Assembly: GCA_002811645.1 (NCBI GenBank)
Contig: PDIP01000028.1
Coordinates: forward strand, 192,828 to 256,827
DNA: 64,000 nucleotides
DNA from: Corallochytrium limacisporum Hawaii
Taxonomy: Eukaryota; Protista; Pluriformea
Reading direction: 5' to 3'
In this document: positions 23,243 to 33,959 of the stretch, piece by piece
How the letters are laid out: the number at the start of each line of letters is the position of its first letter
How positions within the stretch are numbered: the stretch's first letter is position 1
Position numbers and translations under genes: made by a program
The notes under the pieces: model-generated
Databases searched by the model: none
Told to the model about the DNA's origin: nothing
What the model saw: the letters and a program-made list of their open reading frames with translations, nothing else

Positions 23243-26047
23243 TTAGTCGCCACCTCCGGCGCCCCGAATTTCCTCCTTCTCAGTCTCAGACATTGACTCA
23301 AAGTTTTCGTCCTCGGACAGAGGGATGGCGCCTGCGGCTCCGTCAAAGTCGAAGTCCTCGTCATCGTCTTCTTCATCATCGTCGATTACCGGTTCAGGAG
23401 GGGCAGCAGCAGGAGCTGCTCCTCCATTGACTTCCACGTGAATTTCAGGAAGATCATCTTCCATGGCTTCCCCTTCAGATGTGGCATCTCCACCAGCAGC
23501 CATCGCCTCAGCAGCGGCCGCATCAAAGTCTCCATCGTCGTCATCATCATCCTCATCGTCAGCAAGGTCATGTTGCATGCCAACGTCTTCGTCAAAATCA
23601 TCCGGCAAGGCCAGGAGTTCTTCACCACCGACGCCACCACCCCTGCGTCTAGAGCGCCGAGAAGAGCCCATGGGAACAGGTTCCTCGCCTTCGCCCTCTC
23701 CTTCCACGCCCTTGGCCTCCTGTTTCTCCTCTTCCTTCTTCTTTTTCTTCTTCTTCAGTTTCTTCTTCTTCAGGACTAACTTCTTGCGCCGTTTCGTCTC
23801 CGGCACGTCGAGCTGGTCGTTGTAACCGTCGCCTCCGTCCTCGGGGATTGCCGGCTCCCGCTTCGCCGCCGCGAACTCTGTCACCTTCTTAGTTGCTTTC
23901 TTGGTGGGCGTTGCCCCAAAGCCACCGGCGGCCAGGGCCTCGGCGGTTGCGTAGAATCCAGCACTCTTGGCCACGGACCGGCGCCGGCGACCTGCGGCTG
24001 TGTACTGCGCCTCTTCAGTGCCAGTAGCCTTCGGTGCGGGCGTCTGCTCTCGGGTAGCCGGACCACTGAATCGACCGACGCCGAGCGAAGCCATCGAAGC
24101 GCGCGTGTCGGACGTGAGGCCGGCCTTGGCGCGCGCGGTGGCCTGCGCCGTGTCCCAGACACGCGAGTCCACCACGATACCTCGAATGGACAGAGGCCGT
24201 GTCTGGCCGTACACTGCAAAGTAGTCGCAGCACGCTCGGCACTGGTCGTCCTGGTCTGTGTCAGTGAGGGGCCGTCTGCACGTCGAGCATGTTCCATACT
24301 TACCCTTCTTTGACTGTGCATCATCGTCGACCATTGCAAAGTGATGGGCCCGATTCAAGCCACCAGCAGCAGTACTGAGGGCGTACTTGGACAGATAGTA
24401 GTATAGCACCAATTGCTGTGTGCGGCGCCAGGGCAAATACAGTTGTTGAACCTTCCATAATTTCTTTCCCACGCTGCCAACCGTACTGCGGACGACTTCA
24501 ATCTCTGTGAGGGTAAGTACGTCGCTCACGTCCCGTGACAGTTTCTTGCGCAGCGTAGTCAGAGCCTTGCCAACGTTCCCCTGGTTCGCCATGAGCGTAC
24601 CAAAGGCGAGATCGTAGACACGTAACTCACTGCGGGGGCCTAAGGCGTTACTAAGGGGTACATGCCAGGGCCGGAACATGCCCAGTCCACGCCCAGAGTC
24701 ATTTGCGTGCGCGGACCCGGCCAGATCCTTGGCTGTCTGCACGTATGCATCGAGGTCATCCTCCCCTAGTTCCGGTGCCATGTCCTCGAGGGCCTGCTTG
24801 CTGAATACGCAGATGCCGCGATACTGTTTGCGCCGACGCCTGCCTTTACGTCCAATCGTACCGCGACGGTCTGCTTCGGATGCCCACTGTCTCTCTCGCA
24901 GTTTGGGACACTCAATTTGAAACTCAGGACCAACCCGTGTCACGTGCTTCGGAAAGAAACGATGCTGGCGAGTGGGATCGTCCCTGGCGGCGTTTTCGAC
25001 GTGTGTGCCACTGTCGTCCCAGAGCCATACACTGTTGACGACGGTCGGGTCATTCTTGGCCAGGTGGGACACGGCCTGCATTGGAGTTGGTAGAAGGTCC
25101 GGATCGTCTGGGTTCGCGGCCTCGGTGGTGGTGGCAGTCACTCCGACCTTCGAAGGAGAGGACGGTGCTGTTGCTTCCAACTCTACCACAGGGGCTGGGT
25201 GAGTCGTCGTCAGCGGTGACGTAGGACCCGCACTTGGTTTCGGACTCCGCATGGGACTACGTGCAATTTCGGCCTTGAGCTCTCCCGTGCCGGTCACTGA
25301 GGGTTCTAAGGCTGCTTGCTCCGCTAGAATTTCCGCTGTGGGTGCCGTCGGAGACATTGCCGCATAGGCCGGTGCCGTCTCTGCTGTGCCAGTTGTTCCT
25401 GTGGCTGTCGCTGCTGTGGCCAACTCTCGGGCCTCTGCCTCTTCCTCCTCCTTACGAAGACGCTCCACCAATTCCTTCACAGGGCCAGGGCCAAGATCAT
25501 GGTGCGGTTTCACTTGGCGGTACTCTGCCCGTGCTGTGTCAAATGAGGTGGCGTAGTGGAATGAACGCTCGCCCCGACAGTACTCGCGAAGATCGTTGAG
25601 CGTTGCTGTATGTACCACGGTAACTCTGCATACTATACTACCGATCGGAATCAGATCAGTGTCCACGCTGACATATACTTCTCTTTGCTTGATCAAAGCT
25701 GGCCGGCGGGAAGATTGGCTGCTCATGCTCGTCATCGAAGCCCGCAGAACGTTCCCTGACCCCGGTTCAGTCTCGCGTGCTTTTCGGCAGATCTCTTCGG
25801 TCTCCTCCAAGCGATAGACCCAATTCGCTTCGACTTTGCCGTCCGCACGGTCACTATCGATTATCCTCAGGATCCGTGCAATGCCTAGTGGCTCTGTCTC
25901 GTCTATCCGCACAGTGACAAAGTCGCCAGAGGCAATATTTTCGTTCCCAATGAGGACTGACTTGTCCTCCTTCGGTACAAGTGGCCCCACGCCAAGAGAC
26001 CCCTCTCCGGTGGCCTCAGCGATTAGTCTCTTGGCCAATACCGGCAT
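23243..26047 (-). CDS. MTA/RERE-like chromatin co-repressor (BAH, ELM2, SANT, GATA-like zinc finger)
   Basis: BAH (GDFVTV..IARI..ANWVYR..REVYVS), ELM2 start (TRVGPEFQIECP), SANT (GKKLWKVQQLYLPWRRTQQLVLYYY), C4 finger (CSTC..CRACCDYFAVYG), basic then acidic tail. First ATG at 26047. Confidence 0.8.
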   Translation of the reverse strand: MPVLAKRLIAEATGEGSLGVGPLVPKEDKSVLIGNENIASGDFVTVRIDETEPLGIARILRIIDSDRADGKVEANWVYRLEETEEICRKARETEPGSGNVLRASMTSMSSQSSRRPALIKQREVYVSVDTDLIPIGSIVCRVTVVHTATLNDLREYCRGERSFHYATSFDTARAEYRQVKPHHDLGPGPVKELVERLRKEEEEAEARELATAATATGTTGTAETAPAYAAMSPTAPTAEILAEQAALEPSVTGTGELKAEIARSPMRSPKPSAGPTSPLTTTHPAPVVELEATAPSSPSKVGVTATTTEAANPDDPDLLPTPMQAVSHLAKNDPTVVNSVWLWDDSGTHVENAARDDPTRQHRFFPKHVTRVGPEFQIECPKLRERQWASEADRRGTIGRKGRRRRKQYRGICVFSKQALEDMAPELGEDDLDAYVQTAKDLAGSAHANDSGRGLGMFRPWHVPLSNALGPRSELRVYDLAFGTLMANQGNVGKALTTLRKKLSRDVSDVLTLTEIEVVRSTVGSVGKKLWKVQQLYLPWRRTQQLVLYYYLSKYALSTAAGGLNRAHHFAMVDDDAQSKKGKYGTCSTCRRPLTDTDQDDQCRACCDYFAVYGQTRPLSIRGIVVDSRVWDTAQATARAKAGLTSDTRASMASLGVGRFSGPATREQTPAPKATGTEEAQYTAAGRRRRSVAKSAGFYATAEALAAGGFGATPTKKATKKVTEFAAAKREPAIPEDGGDGYNDQLDVPETKRRKKLVLKKKKLKKKKKKKEEEKQEAKGVEGEGEGEEPVPMGSSRRSRRRGGGVGGEELLALPDDFDEDVGMQHDLADDEDDDDDDGDFDAAAAEAMAAGGDATSEGEAMEDDLPEIHVEVNGGAAPAAAPPEPVIDDDEEDDDEDFDFDGAAGAIPLSEDENFESMSETEKEEIRGAGGGD

Positions 26048-26567
26048 CCTTAAACTTAGTAAGGTTGATATGACACACAAACTGGGACTGGCTACATATT
26101 TTCAGCCGTTCTACATGCTTCACCCACCCAGTCGGCTCACTCGGTTCCTTTGCTGCCGATGCATGATTTCGATCAGTGTCACATTGGACAAAAGCGTAAA
26201 CCACGAATGTAACGCACAAATTTATCACCGTTTATGCTGCAGATCCCAGTGGCCTTCATGTACCTCTCTCGCTAAACCACAGTCTCCATCGGGGTCCTCT
26301 GCTCCACAGTGCTTTTGCTATACTACCCACAGCCCCTTCCACCATGCGCTGGGAAGCGCGGAGCTGCATATTCCTCCCCCTTCACCCAGCCGGGGGCTAG
26401 GCCCTGCAATCAGCTGTGTACTGCCTCGGTGCATTCACAACCGAGACCAGTCCCCGCCACCGCCCTCTGGGGCGAAACAGCAGGGCCCGCCGCCCCGAAA
26501 GACTTTGGCATATTCACAGTATTTTATATACTCTTTTTTTCACTCACCTTCCAAGAAGTTAACCACT

Positions 26568-26641
26568 GTTCGCGTGGTGTAGATGGTTATCACATCTGCT
26601 TAACACGCAGAAGGTCCCCAGTTCGAGTCTGGGCGCGAACA
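26568..26641 (+). tRNA. tRNA-Val(AAC)
   Basis: Acceptor stem GTTCGCG/CGCGAAC plus discriminator A; anticodon arm TCTGC-TTAACAC-GCAGA; T-loop GTTCGAGTC; no intron and no encoded CCA. Confidence 0.95.
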
Positions 26642-26649
26642 GGCGCTTC

Positions 26650-26663
26650 TTTTTTTTTTTTTT
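26650..26663 (+). terminator. RNA polymerase III oligo-T terminator
   Basis: T14 run starting 9 nt after the tRNA 3' end. Confidence 0.8.
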
Positions 26664-26757
26664 CTTTTCTTTTCTCTTTCGTTTCTCTCTCTTCGTTTCC
26701 TTTCCCCTGTTTTTTTTTTGGGTTCCCTTTTGGACCGGGTTACCTACGTGCACGTCC

Positions 26758-27174
26758 TTGGGTCTCAACTTTAGGACCATTCCTGACATGGTAGAGGCCT
26801 ACCAAAAGCTCAGAGTGCCGAAGGAGACTTTGACGCTGATCCCTTCGCAGTTTGACACACCGCAGCCTTGGCTGGAGCCGGTGGTCTTTGATCCGGAAAT
26901 AGTCGAGTTACCATCGCCGGCCATGGACTTGTTCGACCTGGACACACATTTAAGCAATGACCTCTCGAAACTTGCGCAACTGACGAACAAGTGCACCAAT
27001 AGTGACCCGGAGTTCTGCATCATTGAGTGTGGCAACATCCTCGGCGTGGCATGTGAGATACCACTGGACAAGCAGACCAATGCCAAGGCCATTATGGCGC
27101 ACATCCTTCGATCTGTAATTGACTATAAGAAACCGCTCACTTTGAGACAACAGGAGCAACGTCAACTAAACTAG
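26758..27174 (+). pseudogene. IFT52: IFT52 C-terminal fragment (open frame, ATG at 26788); N-terminal GIFT domain absent
   Basis: LTLIPSQFDTPQPWLEPVVFDP..ELPSPAMDLFDLD..KLAQLTNKC..ECGNILGV..AKAIMAHI..VIDYKK matches the IFT52 C-terminal consensus as recalled (PQFETPLP.LQPAVFPP..LELFDLDE..RLAQ.TNKC). Directly upstream lie the tRNA and its T-rich tail. It could instead be a functional mini-gene. Confidence 0.75.
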
Positions 27175-27306
27175 TTTGTGCCAAACCAAAGGAAGGAGAA
27201 CAGGAAAATTTCTATTTTGTCATTTGTTTGCTTTTCGGTACCAGGATTCTTTGCCTACCCCTGCAAATCGGTTGTCGCGAGGCATGTCACTGCAGTGTTG
27301 TTTCAT

Positions 27307-28320
27307 TTACTTCTCAACGCCGTGCTTCGCGTACAGCTTCTGGACCTCTTCGACATCCTCGGGAGAACCCAGGAAGATGGGACAGCGATCATGGATGTGC
27401 TCAGGCTCCACGTCCAAGACGCGGCGGCTGCCAGTGACGGCCTTGCCGCCGGCTTGCTCGCAGATGTAGGCCATGGGGAAACCCTCATACAGAATACGCA
27501 GCTTGCCCTTTTTGCTCTTGGAATCACCTGGGTACATGAAGATGCCACCGTATAGGATTGTACGGTGCACATCCGCGACCATTGAACCAATGTAACGCAG
27601 GGACTTCGGCTTGTCCTTGCACGATGCAATGTACTCCAGAGTTGGCTCGTCAAAGTACTTTGTGTTACCCTCGTTGATGGAGTAGACCTTGCCCTTCTTG
27701 GGGATGCGCAGGTTCTCGTTCACCAGCACGAACTCACCGATTGACGGATCCAGAGTGTAGGAGTGTACACCATGGCCGTAGGAGATGACAAGGTTGGTTG
27801 ACGCGCCGTACATTGCGTAACCGGCGCATACCATCTCAGATCCCGGCTTGAGAACATCCTTAACATCCGCCCCGGCCACATCCTCAACGTGGTAAACTCC
27901 GAAAATGGTGCCAATGCTAACACCAGCGTCAATGTTTGAGCTACCATCAAGCGGATCGAAGACAACGCAGTAAGCACCGGGAATACCCTCCTGAAGATCC
28001 TTGACGAGGATGGCTGTCTCCCGTTCCTCGCTGACCATCACACTGACACGACCACTGGTAGCTAGGGCATTCACGAAAACTTCATCAGCCAGCACATCGA
28101 GCTTCTTCTGGTCGTCACCGGTGGAATTTTGGGTCATGCCAGTGGCCAAGCCAGTCAGGCTGATGACGCCAGCCTTGCGCACGGCATTGGAGATGTACTT
28201 GCAGGCGAGTTGGATAGAGGCCAGCAAGAGGGTGAAGTCACCACTACCCTTGAACTTCTGCTGTTGAGAAATGGTGTGACGGGTGAGCGTCACCAGATTG
28301 GTTTCCAAGCTTTCTGCCAT
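27307..28320 (-). CDS. FBP1: Fructose-1,6-bisphosphatase class I
   Basis: Motifs GDDQKKLDVLA, VSEE, FDPLDGSSNID, YSINEGN, LRYIGSMVADVHRT, GKLRILYE. Confidence 0.97.
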   Translation of the reverse strand: MAESLETNLVTLTRHTISQQQKFKGSGDFTLLLASIQLACKYISNAVRKAGVISLTGLATGMTQNSTGDDQKKLDVLADEVFVNALATSGRVSVMVSEERETAILVKDLQEGIPGAYCVVFDPLDGSSNIDAGVSIGTIFGVYHVEDVAGADVKDVLKPGSEMVCAGYAMYGASTNLVISYGHGVHSYTLDPSIGEFVLVNENLRIPKKGKVYSINEGNTKYFDEPTLEYIASCKDKPKSLRYIGSMVADVHRTILYGGIFMYPGDSKSKKGKLRILYEGFPMAYICEQAGGKAVTGSRRVLDVEPEHIHDRCPIFLGSPEDVEEVQKLYAKHGVEK

Positions 28321-29624
28321 GACTACTGACTTGTTGTGCGGTGTTTACCCTTTGTAAACAGTATCACCCAGGGCCCTTTGCCCGTGAAGACCAGTTCCGA
28401 TGGGAGCCTCCTTTGTACCTGGAGTCGAAAACCAAAAATAATCCCCGTCAACGGCACATTCCATGCATCACCTCCTGAAAGCCAAGGAACAACCACAGAA
28501 CAAAATAAATCAACAAAGTCGCTCGCACGCCCGACGGCCGAAGTCCTCCGTGCTCAACTGGGCCCCGATCTCGCTGGAGGGCATTCTCGTGCGGCAGAGA
28601 GAGAGAGAGAGAGTGAGACAACCCCTCCCCTGGGGGCGGGGGGCTCGCAAGCGCCCAAGAAAAGGACCAACACAGTGGGAGAAGAAACAAGAAAAAGTCC
28701 CCGTCAGCTGCCCATTTTTCGTTATGCCCATTGCCCTTTTTGAAACCCGCTGGCATCCTCTGGCCCTTTTATCCGCAAGGAACAAAAATAACACAGCGCA
28801 GACAAATCGAAAACACACAACAAAGCTGGATCAAGTCCACGGGAGCTTACGAGCCTGGGGATGGTCTCACAGCGGTATCCAATGGGGGACCCTGGGACCA
28901 AGTTTCAGAGCGGCCTGGGTGGCTTTTCATCACCACCATCGTAACGAGTTTCGTCATCGAAGGTCGCGTTCATGAACCCGAGATCCTGCACACCCTTAGC
29001 ATGGTATCTCATACATGCACATGCCTACGCTGAACTGTGTTACGTTTGACATGCCAACACCGTTGCGCGGTTAGTTCTATCCAGTTGGCTGGCACAATCA
29101 AAGTTGTTGCTTGTCTGTGCCGGACTGCATTCCTGAGGTGTAAGTTCACACATACTGCGAACGTCTCTCCTCCCTCCGTGAAAAAATGGGCCCCCGATAC
29201 CTAGAGTTCTCTGAGTGAAGAAAAATTTTCACGGCCAGGCCGGCCCGTTCAGCTAGCTCATTTAAAATATTCCGTATATAAATATTAAGGTATTTATTTA
29301 ACTTAGTTCATAATTTTATTAATATTCAGTATATCAAATATCAACTTGCTCCCACCCCTGCAGAGAAGGCACGGAACGGGGAGGGGCGAGCGTCTGGAGT
29401 CATATTTTTTTCACCAGTCCCCAACTTTGTGAACAAGCTAAATTGCCGTACCACTCTGGGTGCCACACGCTATACCACCGTACTTTTCACCAGGGGCCTG
29501 TGCTTAGTGAAATCTGAAATCTGGACTCCGGTGCTTTCGTGGTTTTGGCTTGCTGCGCTTGGCGGTGGGATGTGTTTGAACCATTATTTTAATTGGGGGC
29601 CGGGAGTCGAGGAGGAAACGGAAG

Positions 29625-29703
29625 NNNNNNNNNNNNNNNNNNNNNNNNNNNNNNNNNNNNNNNNNNNNNNNNNNNNNNNNNNNNNNNNNNNNNNNNNNNN
29701 NNN
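29625..29703. other. Assembly gap (79 N)
   Basis: Run of N characters. Confidence 0.99.
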
Positions 29704-30902
29704 GGGGGAGAGGGGGGAGAGAATGCTCGGTAATTATAGGTGGGTGTGTTCCTGCATTTCAGTAGTTGCGGCCCCTTACATACAAAGTCAGTAGAGCCAA
29801 TCAATCGGTTGTGAAGCGACCGACCAGGAATTTATTCCAAGGGGGGTTGCAAGTCATGGCACGCACACGCAGCATGCGGCACCGGCAGCAGCGGCAATAG
29901 AAGTCAGTAGCGGCAGTTGTTCACCGGAAAGGCCCATGTAATGTCCGCGCTGCTGCGAATACGGACGGAAACCATGAAAAGGAATGAAATGGCACAAGGA
30001 CCAGGCAGTTGAGAGAGCTCGGAGCGATCGGAGGTGAGCGCGAGGGAAGTATGGAACCTTCTCCTCCCCCCGGGGAACTGAGGAGCAGAGGGGGGGGGAG
30101 GGGTGGAGTCAGTGGAAGGGACCCGGTACGCTGCAGAGCAACGGGGCCGGGATTAGGAACCCGGGGGAACGAGGTGGGTTAGTAGGACGGAAGGAACCAT
30201 GTTGGCTCCCTCTGTGCAATTGTACACTCACCCCGTCAGAGCTCTACCTTCTCCTCGCCTTCTCAATCTTCCCGTCTACAAATTCCGTGAACTACAATTA
30301 GCGGAAATCCCGCCTTTTTTACCATTTTTTAGCTGATGATTTGACCGTTCCATCGTCGTTGTTCTCCTTCCTCCTCTGCTCATAAATTTTTCATGACTTT
30401 TGTTCGTCAGCGATCGTCTCCAAATTATCCCAAAAGGCAACCAGCGCTAATACACTTATCATAATGAAATTGACCGAGAGGAAAGGGTAGGGCATTCCTA
30501 GGGACCAAGGGAGATCGAAAGGGAGAAGCATTGGCCAAAGGACAGATGGTGCCGATCTGACACCGACCGCACGTAAGCAGTCTGGTGTGGAGACCAATTT
30601 TAAGAAAATGGTTTAGGAAGGACAAGGATGACCATGTGATTTATGTGATCTAGCAGTTACGCCCGTTGTAGTGGCACATAAGGTACGAAAGAACATCGGA
30701 ACAGAAGATGACCTCCTTTCCTTTGGCCAGACACGTTAGGAACACATTTAATACAAACAGGGTGGCGGGATATATAGCCAGAGTGTATGAGAATGACATG
30801 ACGAAGCAAGTACAGTAACGGGTCTAGGAGTAAAGAACAGACGTGAACGTCTAGAGATAGAACAGGAAAACTTATTGAAATCCGAGGCTGGCAGTCCGTA
30901 GA

Positions 30903-33365
30903 ATGGCAGAGCGGCCTGAGAGACCTGCACCGGCTCCTCCTGGGCCAATGGCGCCAATTCGGCCGCCACCTTTGGCTTCTCCCACACTGCCTGGAGACAA
31001 GCGCAAGGAGTCGCTGCGGTCTACAGCCGATTCGGCTGCTACCTACCCGCAGCGGTCGTCTCTAAACAGTCTGTTCGATGCCCAGGGAGTATTCAACCAC
31101 AGGCGTGTGGAGAGTGACATGTCACTAGACGAAAACGGGAATCGCAAGATCCCAATGTTGTGCGATGCGGTGCTGTTGATTGGGTTACCCTCCAATGTGT
31201 CGCAGGATAACCCGCTACCACGCCAACCGCAGATCTTGAAAATGTTTACCCGCCCGAATTCATCAGATGAGGAGCTCGAGGTCTTGCGCAACCTGGCCAT
31301 ATTTTGCTACCCGGACGCAGAGATCTGGACAGATCCTATCAATCTGTACCCCTCAGAGGAGTTCAGCTTTGTCCTCACTGACTTTCGGGGTAACAAACGG
31401 TTTGGGTATTGCCGTAGATTCCTGCCAAGGGGGGAGGGGCCTTCCATACCGATCACATACTGTATCGTTAGCAGAGGATCAGCACTGTCGCTATATTCCA
31501 CGATCTTGCAGCGCCTGGAGCTCCGCAGAGCCGTCAGTTCCGAACACAGCAATGCGCTGGCCGCAAGACTTCTCGAACTCCCGTTCCCAGGCCGGGGACA
31601 GAAGATGATTGTAGACATGAACGTCGGTTCCAGCCTCAAGAGAAGCACTCGGGAGGACAACGAGTACGACCAGAAACAGGTGTACATGTTTGAACGGAAT
31701 CGTGAATTAGGGGCTTACGAACATGTTGACCTTCACGACCTCTTCACGAGTCTCAGTCCAAATCAGTTAGTCGATCTGCTACTCGCCGTACTTTTAGAGA
31801 AGCGTGTCTGTCTGTTAAGCGTAAGCATCAGTGCCTTGAGCAGTAGCGTCCATGCAATTGTGGCGCTACTCTACCCTCTACGCTGGCAGCACACATACGT
31901 GGCTGTTTTGCCTACCCCAATGAAGGACTACCTAAGTAGTCCCGCACCCTTCATCATCGGCTACTTGGGTAGCCAAAATATCCTCGGATCAGTATTTGAG
32001 ACCATGCTGGAGCACATAGAAGACGGCAGCGGTAGGACTCTCGAACAGCGTTGTTTGGATGATCCACCGGATGACCATGATGTGTTGGTGGTGGACTTGG
32101 ATAAGGGTCGGATGTGGACCCCGTACACATTCTACTCACGGGTCCAACGACAGCGAGATTCAGCGGCTGTTCTGAGCGAGTGGAAATCAACATCCGCCCT
32201 GCCTGCAGATGTTGAGGCGCAGAGACTGTCCCAGGCGAGCAAGGCATCTGCGGGCACCACGGGAACCGATACTTTGTCTACGGGTTGGAGTACACGCGCG
32301 AGCATTTCCACTGGTAACATTCCCAGGGCAGTGGGCGAAAGCAAGGCCGCCTACGGCTCCGACTTATCATCCACCAGCAGCTACCTTCCTCCGAGCAACT
32401 TAATCGAATTCCCGAAGACACCGCGGTCTTTGCTCGAACGCAATTTCTTTGCTCCAACCATTCATCTGAGCACCAGTCCCAGCGCTTCGGGTTCGCTGCG
32501 GGATAGCCTGGGTGTGTTGAGTCGCAAGTCCATGGCGTCCACTGCAGGCAGCGCGAGCTCGAACAGTATGAACCTAGAGATTTTTGACTCTATTTGCCCT
32601 GGCATTGTGCGGCTTCTATGTGGCATTGACACGGCTTTCGTGCGCGATAGCACGTCGGGCTTCTATCACTGGGATCGCAACATATTTCTGAGGCGCTACA
32701 GTGGCAGTGGTATCGAACCAGGTGCCTACCAGTTCATGTCCAAATTCACGCAGACGCAAGCATTTGATGAAATGATCTTGGAACGGGAACACTTAATGAA
32801 CACGCGCAGTGAGTCCGCTGGGGGCAATGGAGGGCAGGAGGCTCTTGATCGCCTCATGGATCGATACAAATTTAGCGCCGAAGACGATATAATGCTCATG
32901 GCGGAGAAGACTTCCTCGGCCGCCCGCTTGACGTCTCGCGTGCGCAACATGCTTTCCAAGGCTAGCATTCGACCCCGCAGCAGGGAGGATTCGGATGTTG
33001 CAAGTATTGACAGCAACAGCAGTGGCAAAGGCCAGCAGAACGGCAATGCGCCTTCCAGCCCCCGGTTGCTTATAAAGAGCAAACTTGGGACCGCCGGATT
33101 CTTTGGATCGTTTGGACGGCGCAAGAACACTGGGGGTACCGTTCCGAGTGTGCAGACTGACCCTATGCAAACCCACGACTCTGACGACAGCCTCGGCGCC
33201 GCCGTTCAGACCCGCATCTCCGCACCTGAACGGCCTCCGCCACCAGAGGCACCGAGTGTCGCGGTGATCCTGGACGACCCTGCCGTCCCACTGGAACAGA
33301 GTAGCAACCATAGATTGTCGGTAAGACCACCGAATCCGCCCCCCATGGCCCCGAAAATTGAATGA
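30903..33365 (+). CDS. DENN-domain Rab GEF (DENND2/DENND1-like)
   Basis: uDENN FCYPD..FSFVLTD..FGYCRRFLP; cDENN LLEKRV..LLYPLRWQHTYVAVLP..SPAPFIIG..VVDLD; dDENN FMSKFTQTQAF. AATAAA just after the stop. Confidence 0.9.
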   Translation: MAERPERPAPAPPGPMAPIRPPPLASPTLPGDKRKESLRSTADSAATYPQRSSLNSLFDAQGVFNHRRVESDMSLDENGNRKIPMLCDAVLLIGLPSNVSQDNPLPRQPQILKMFTRPNSSDEELEVLRNLAIFCYPDAEIWTDPINLYPSEEFSFVLTDFRGNKRFGYCRRFLPRGEGPSIPITYCIVSRGSALSLYSTILQRLELRRAVSSEHSNALAARLLELPFPGRGQKMIVDMNVGSSLKRSTREDNEYDQKQVYMFERNRELGAYEHVDLHDLFTSLSPNQLVDLLLAVLLEKRVCLLSVSISALSSSVHAIVALLYPLRWQHTYVAVLPTPMKDYLSSPAPFIIGYLGSQNILGSVFETMLEHIEDGSGRTLEQRCLDDPPDDHDVLVVDLDKGRMWTPYTFYSRVQRQRDSAAVLSEWKSTSALPADVEAQRLSQASKASAGTTGTDTLSTGWSTRASISTGNIPRAVGESKAAYGSDLSSTSSYLPPSNLIEFPKTPRSLLERNFFAPTIHLSTSPSASGSLRDSLGVLSRKSMASTAGSASSNSMNLEIFDSICPGIVRLLCGIDTAFVRDSTSGFYHWDRNIFLRRYSGSGIEPGAYQFMSKFTQTQAFDEMILEREHLMNTRSESAGGNGGQEALDRLMDRYKFSAEDDIMLMAEKTSSAARLTSRVRNMLSKASIRPRSREDSDVASIDSNSSGKGQQNGNAPSSPRLLIKSKLGTAGFFGSFGRRKNTGGTVPSVQTDPMQTHDSDDSLGAAVQTRISAPERPPPPEAPSVAVILDDPAVPLEQSSNHRLSVRPPNPPPMAPKIE

Positions 33366-33425
33366 AACAGGTCAGTAGTTAATAAAGGACAAGTTATGTA
33401 ACAATACCACTGGGTTTCTTTTCAC

Positions 33426-33959
33426 TTATGACTTGTGCTTCAGTAAGACAGCTTTGTGCAGTTCAGCAAAGACGTTCTTCATATTTTCAAAACTGAGCTT
33501 CTCCAGAGTCTCCTCATACGTGCACCAGGAGTACGCTGAAATCTCCTGCGCCTGTACTTTGACATCTTCTTGGTCAGCCAACTGCCCTGCCCAGAACTCA
33601 CTGATCTTAGGGACTGTTCTTCCATTCCCCATAGGTTTCTGATACTCAACCTTGAAGGTGCCAAGGTCCTCGTGAATGGTGAGCTTATCCTGTGTTAACC
33701 CAGTCTCTTCCTCAAACTCACGAATGCCACTGTCCTTTGGGCTCGCGTCAGTGGCCTCTGGGTATCCTTTCGGAAATCCCCAGTGGCCGCCACGCCTGTC
33801 TTTCAGAAGAAGGTAACTGATTGCAAAAGATCCGTTACCAAGCTTATTGGCCACAAATGGAATCACTCCGTAGGCCCGGTGCATGGCTCCGGAATCATCT
33901 GCTGGATTTGTAATGTTCTGCTGCTGATTCTCCTCTGCCATGATAGAACTCCTGATCAT
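33426..33959 (-). CDS. NUDT2: Nudix hydrolase, Ap4A hydrolase (NUDT2)-like
   Basis: Nudix box WGFPKG..GIREFEEETGL; N-terminal RAYGVIPF and C-terminal QEISAYSW..L.FENMK typical of asymmetric Ap4A hydrolases. Confidence 0.8.
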   Translation of the reverse strand: MIRSSIMAEENQQQNITNPADDSGAMHRAYGVIPFVANKLGNGSFAISYLLLKDRRGGHWGFPKGYPEATDASPKDSGIREFEEETGLTQDKLTIHEDLGTFKVEYQKPMGNGRTVPKISEFWAGQLADQEDVKVQAQEISAYSWCTYEETLEKLSFENMKNVFAELHKAVLLKHKS

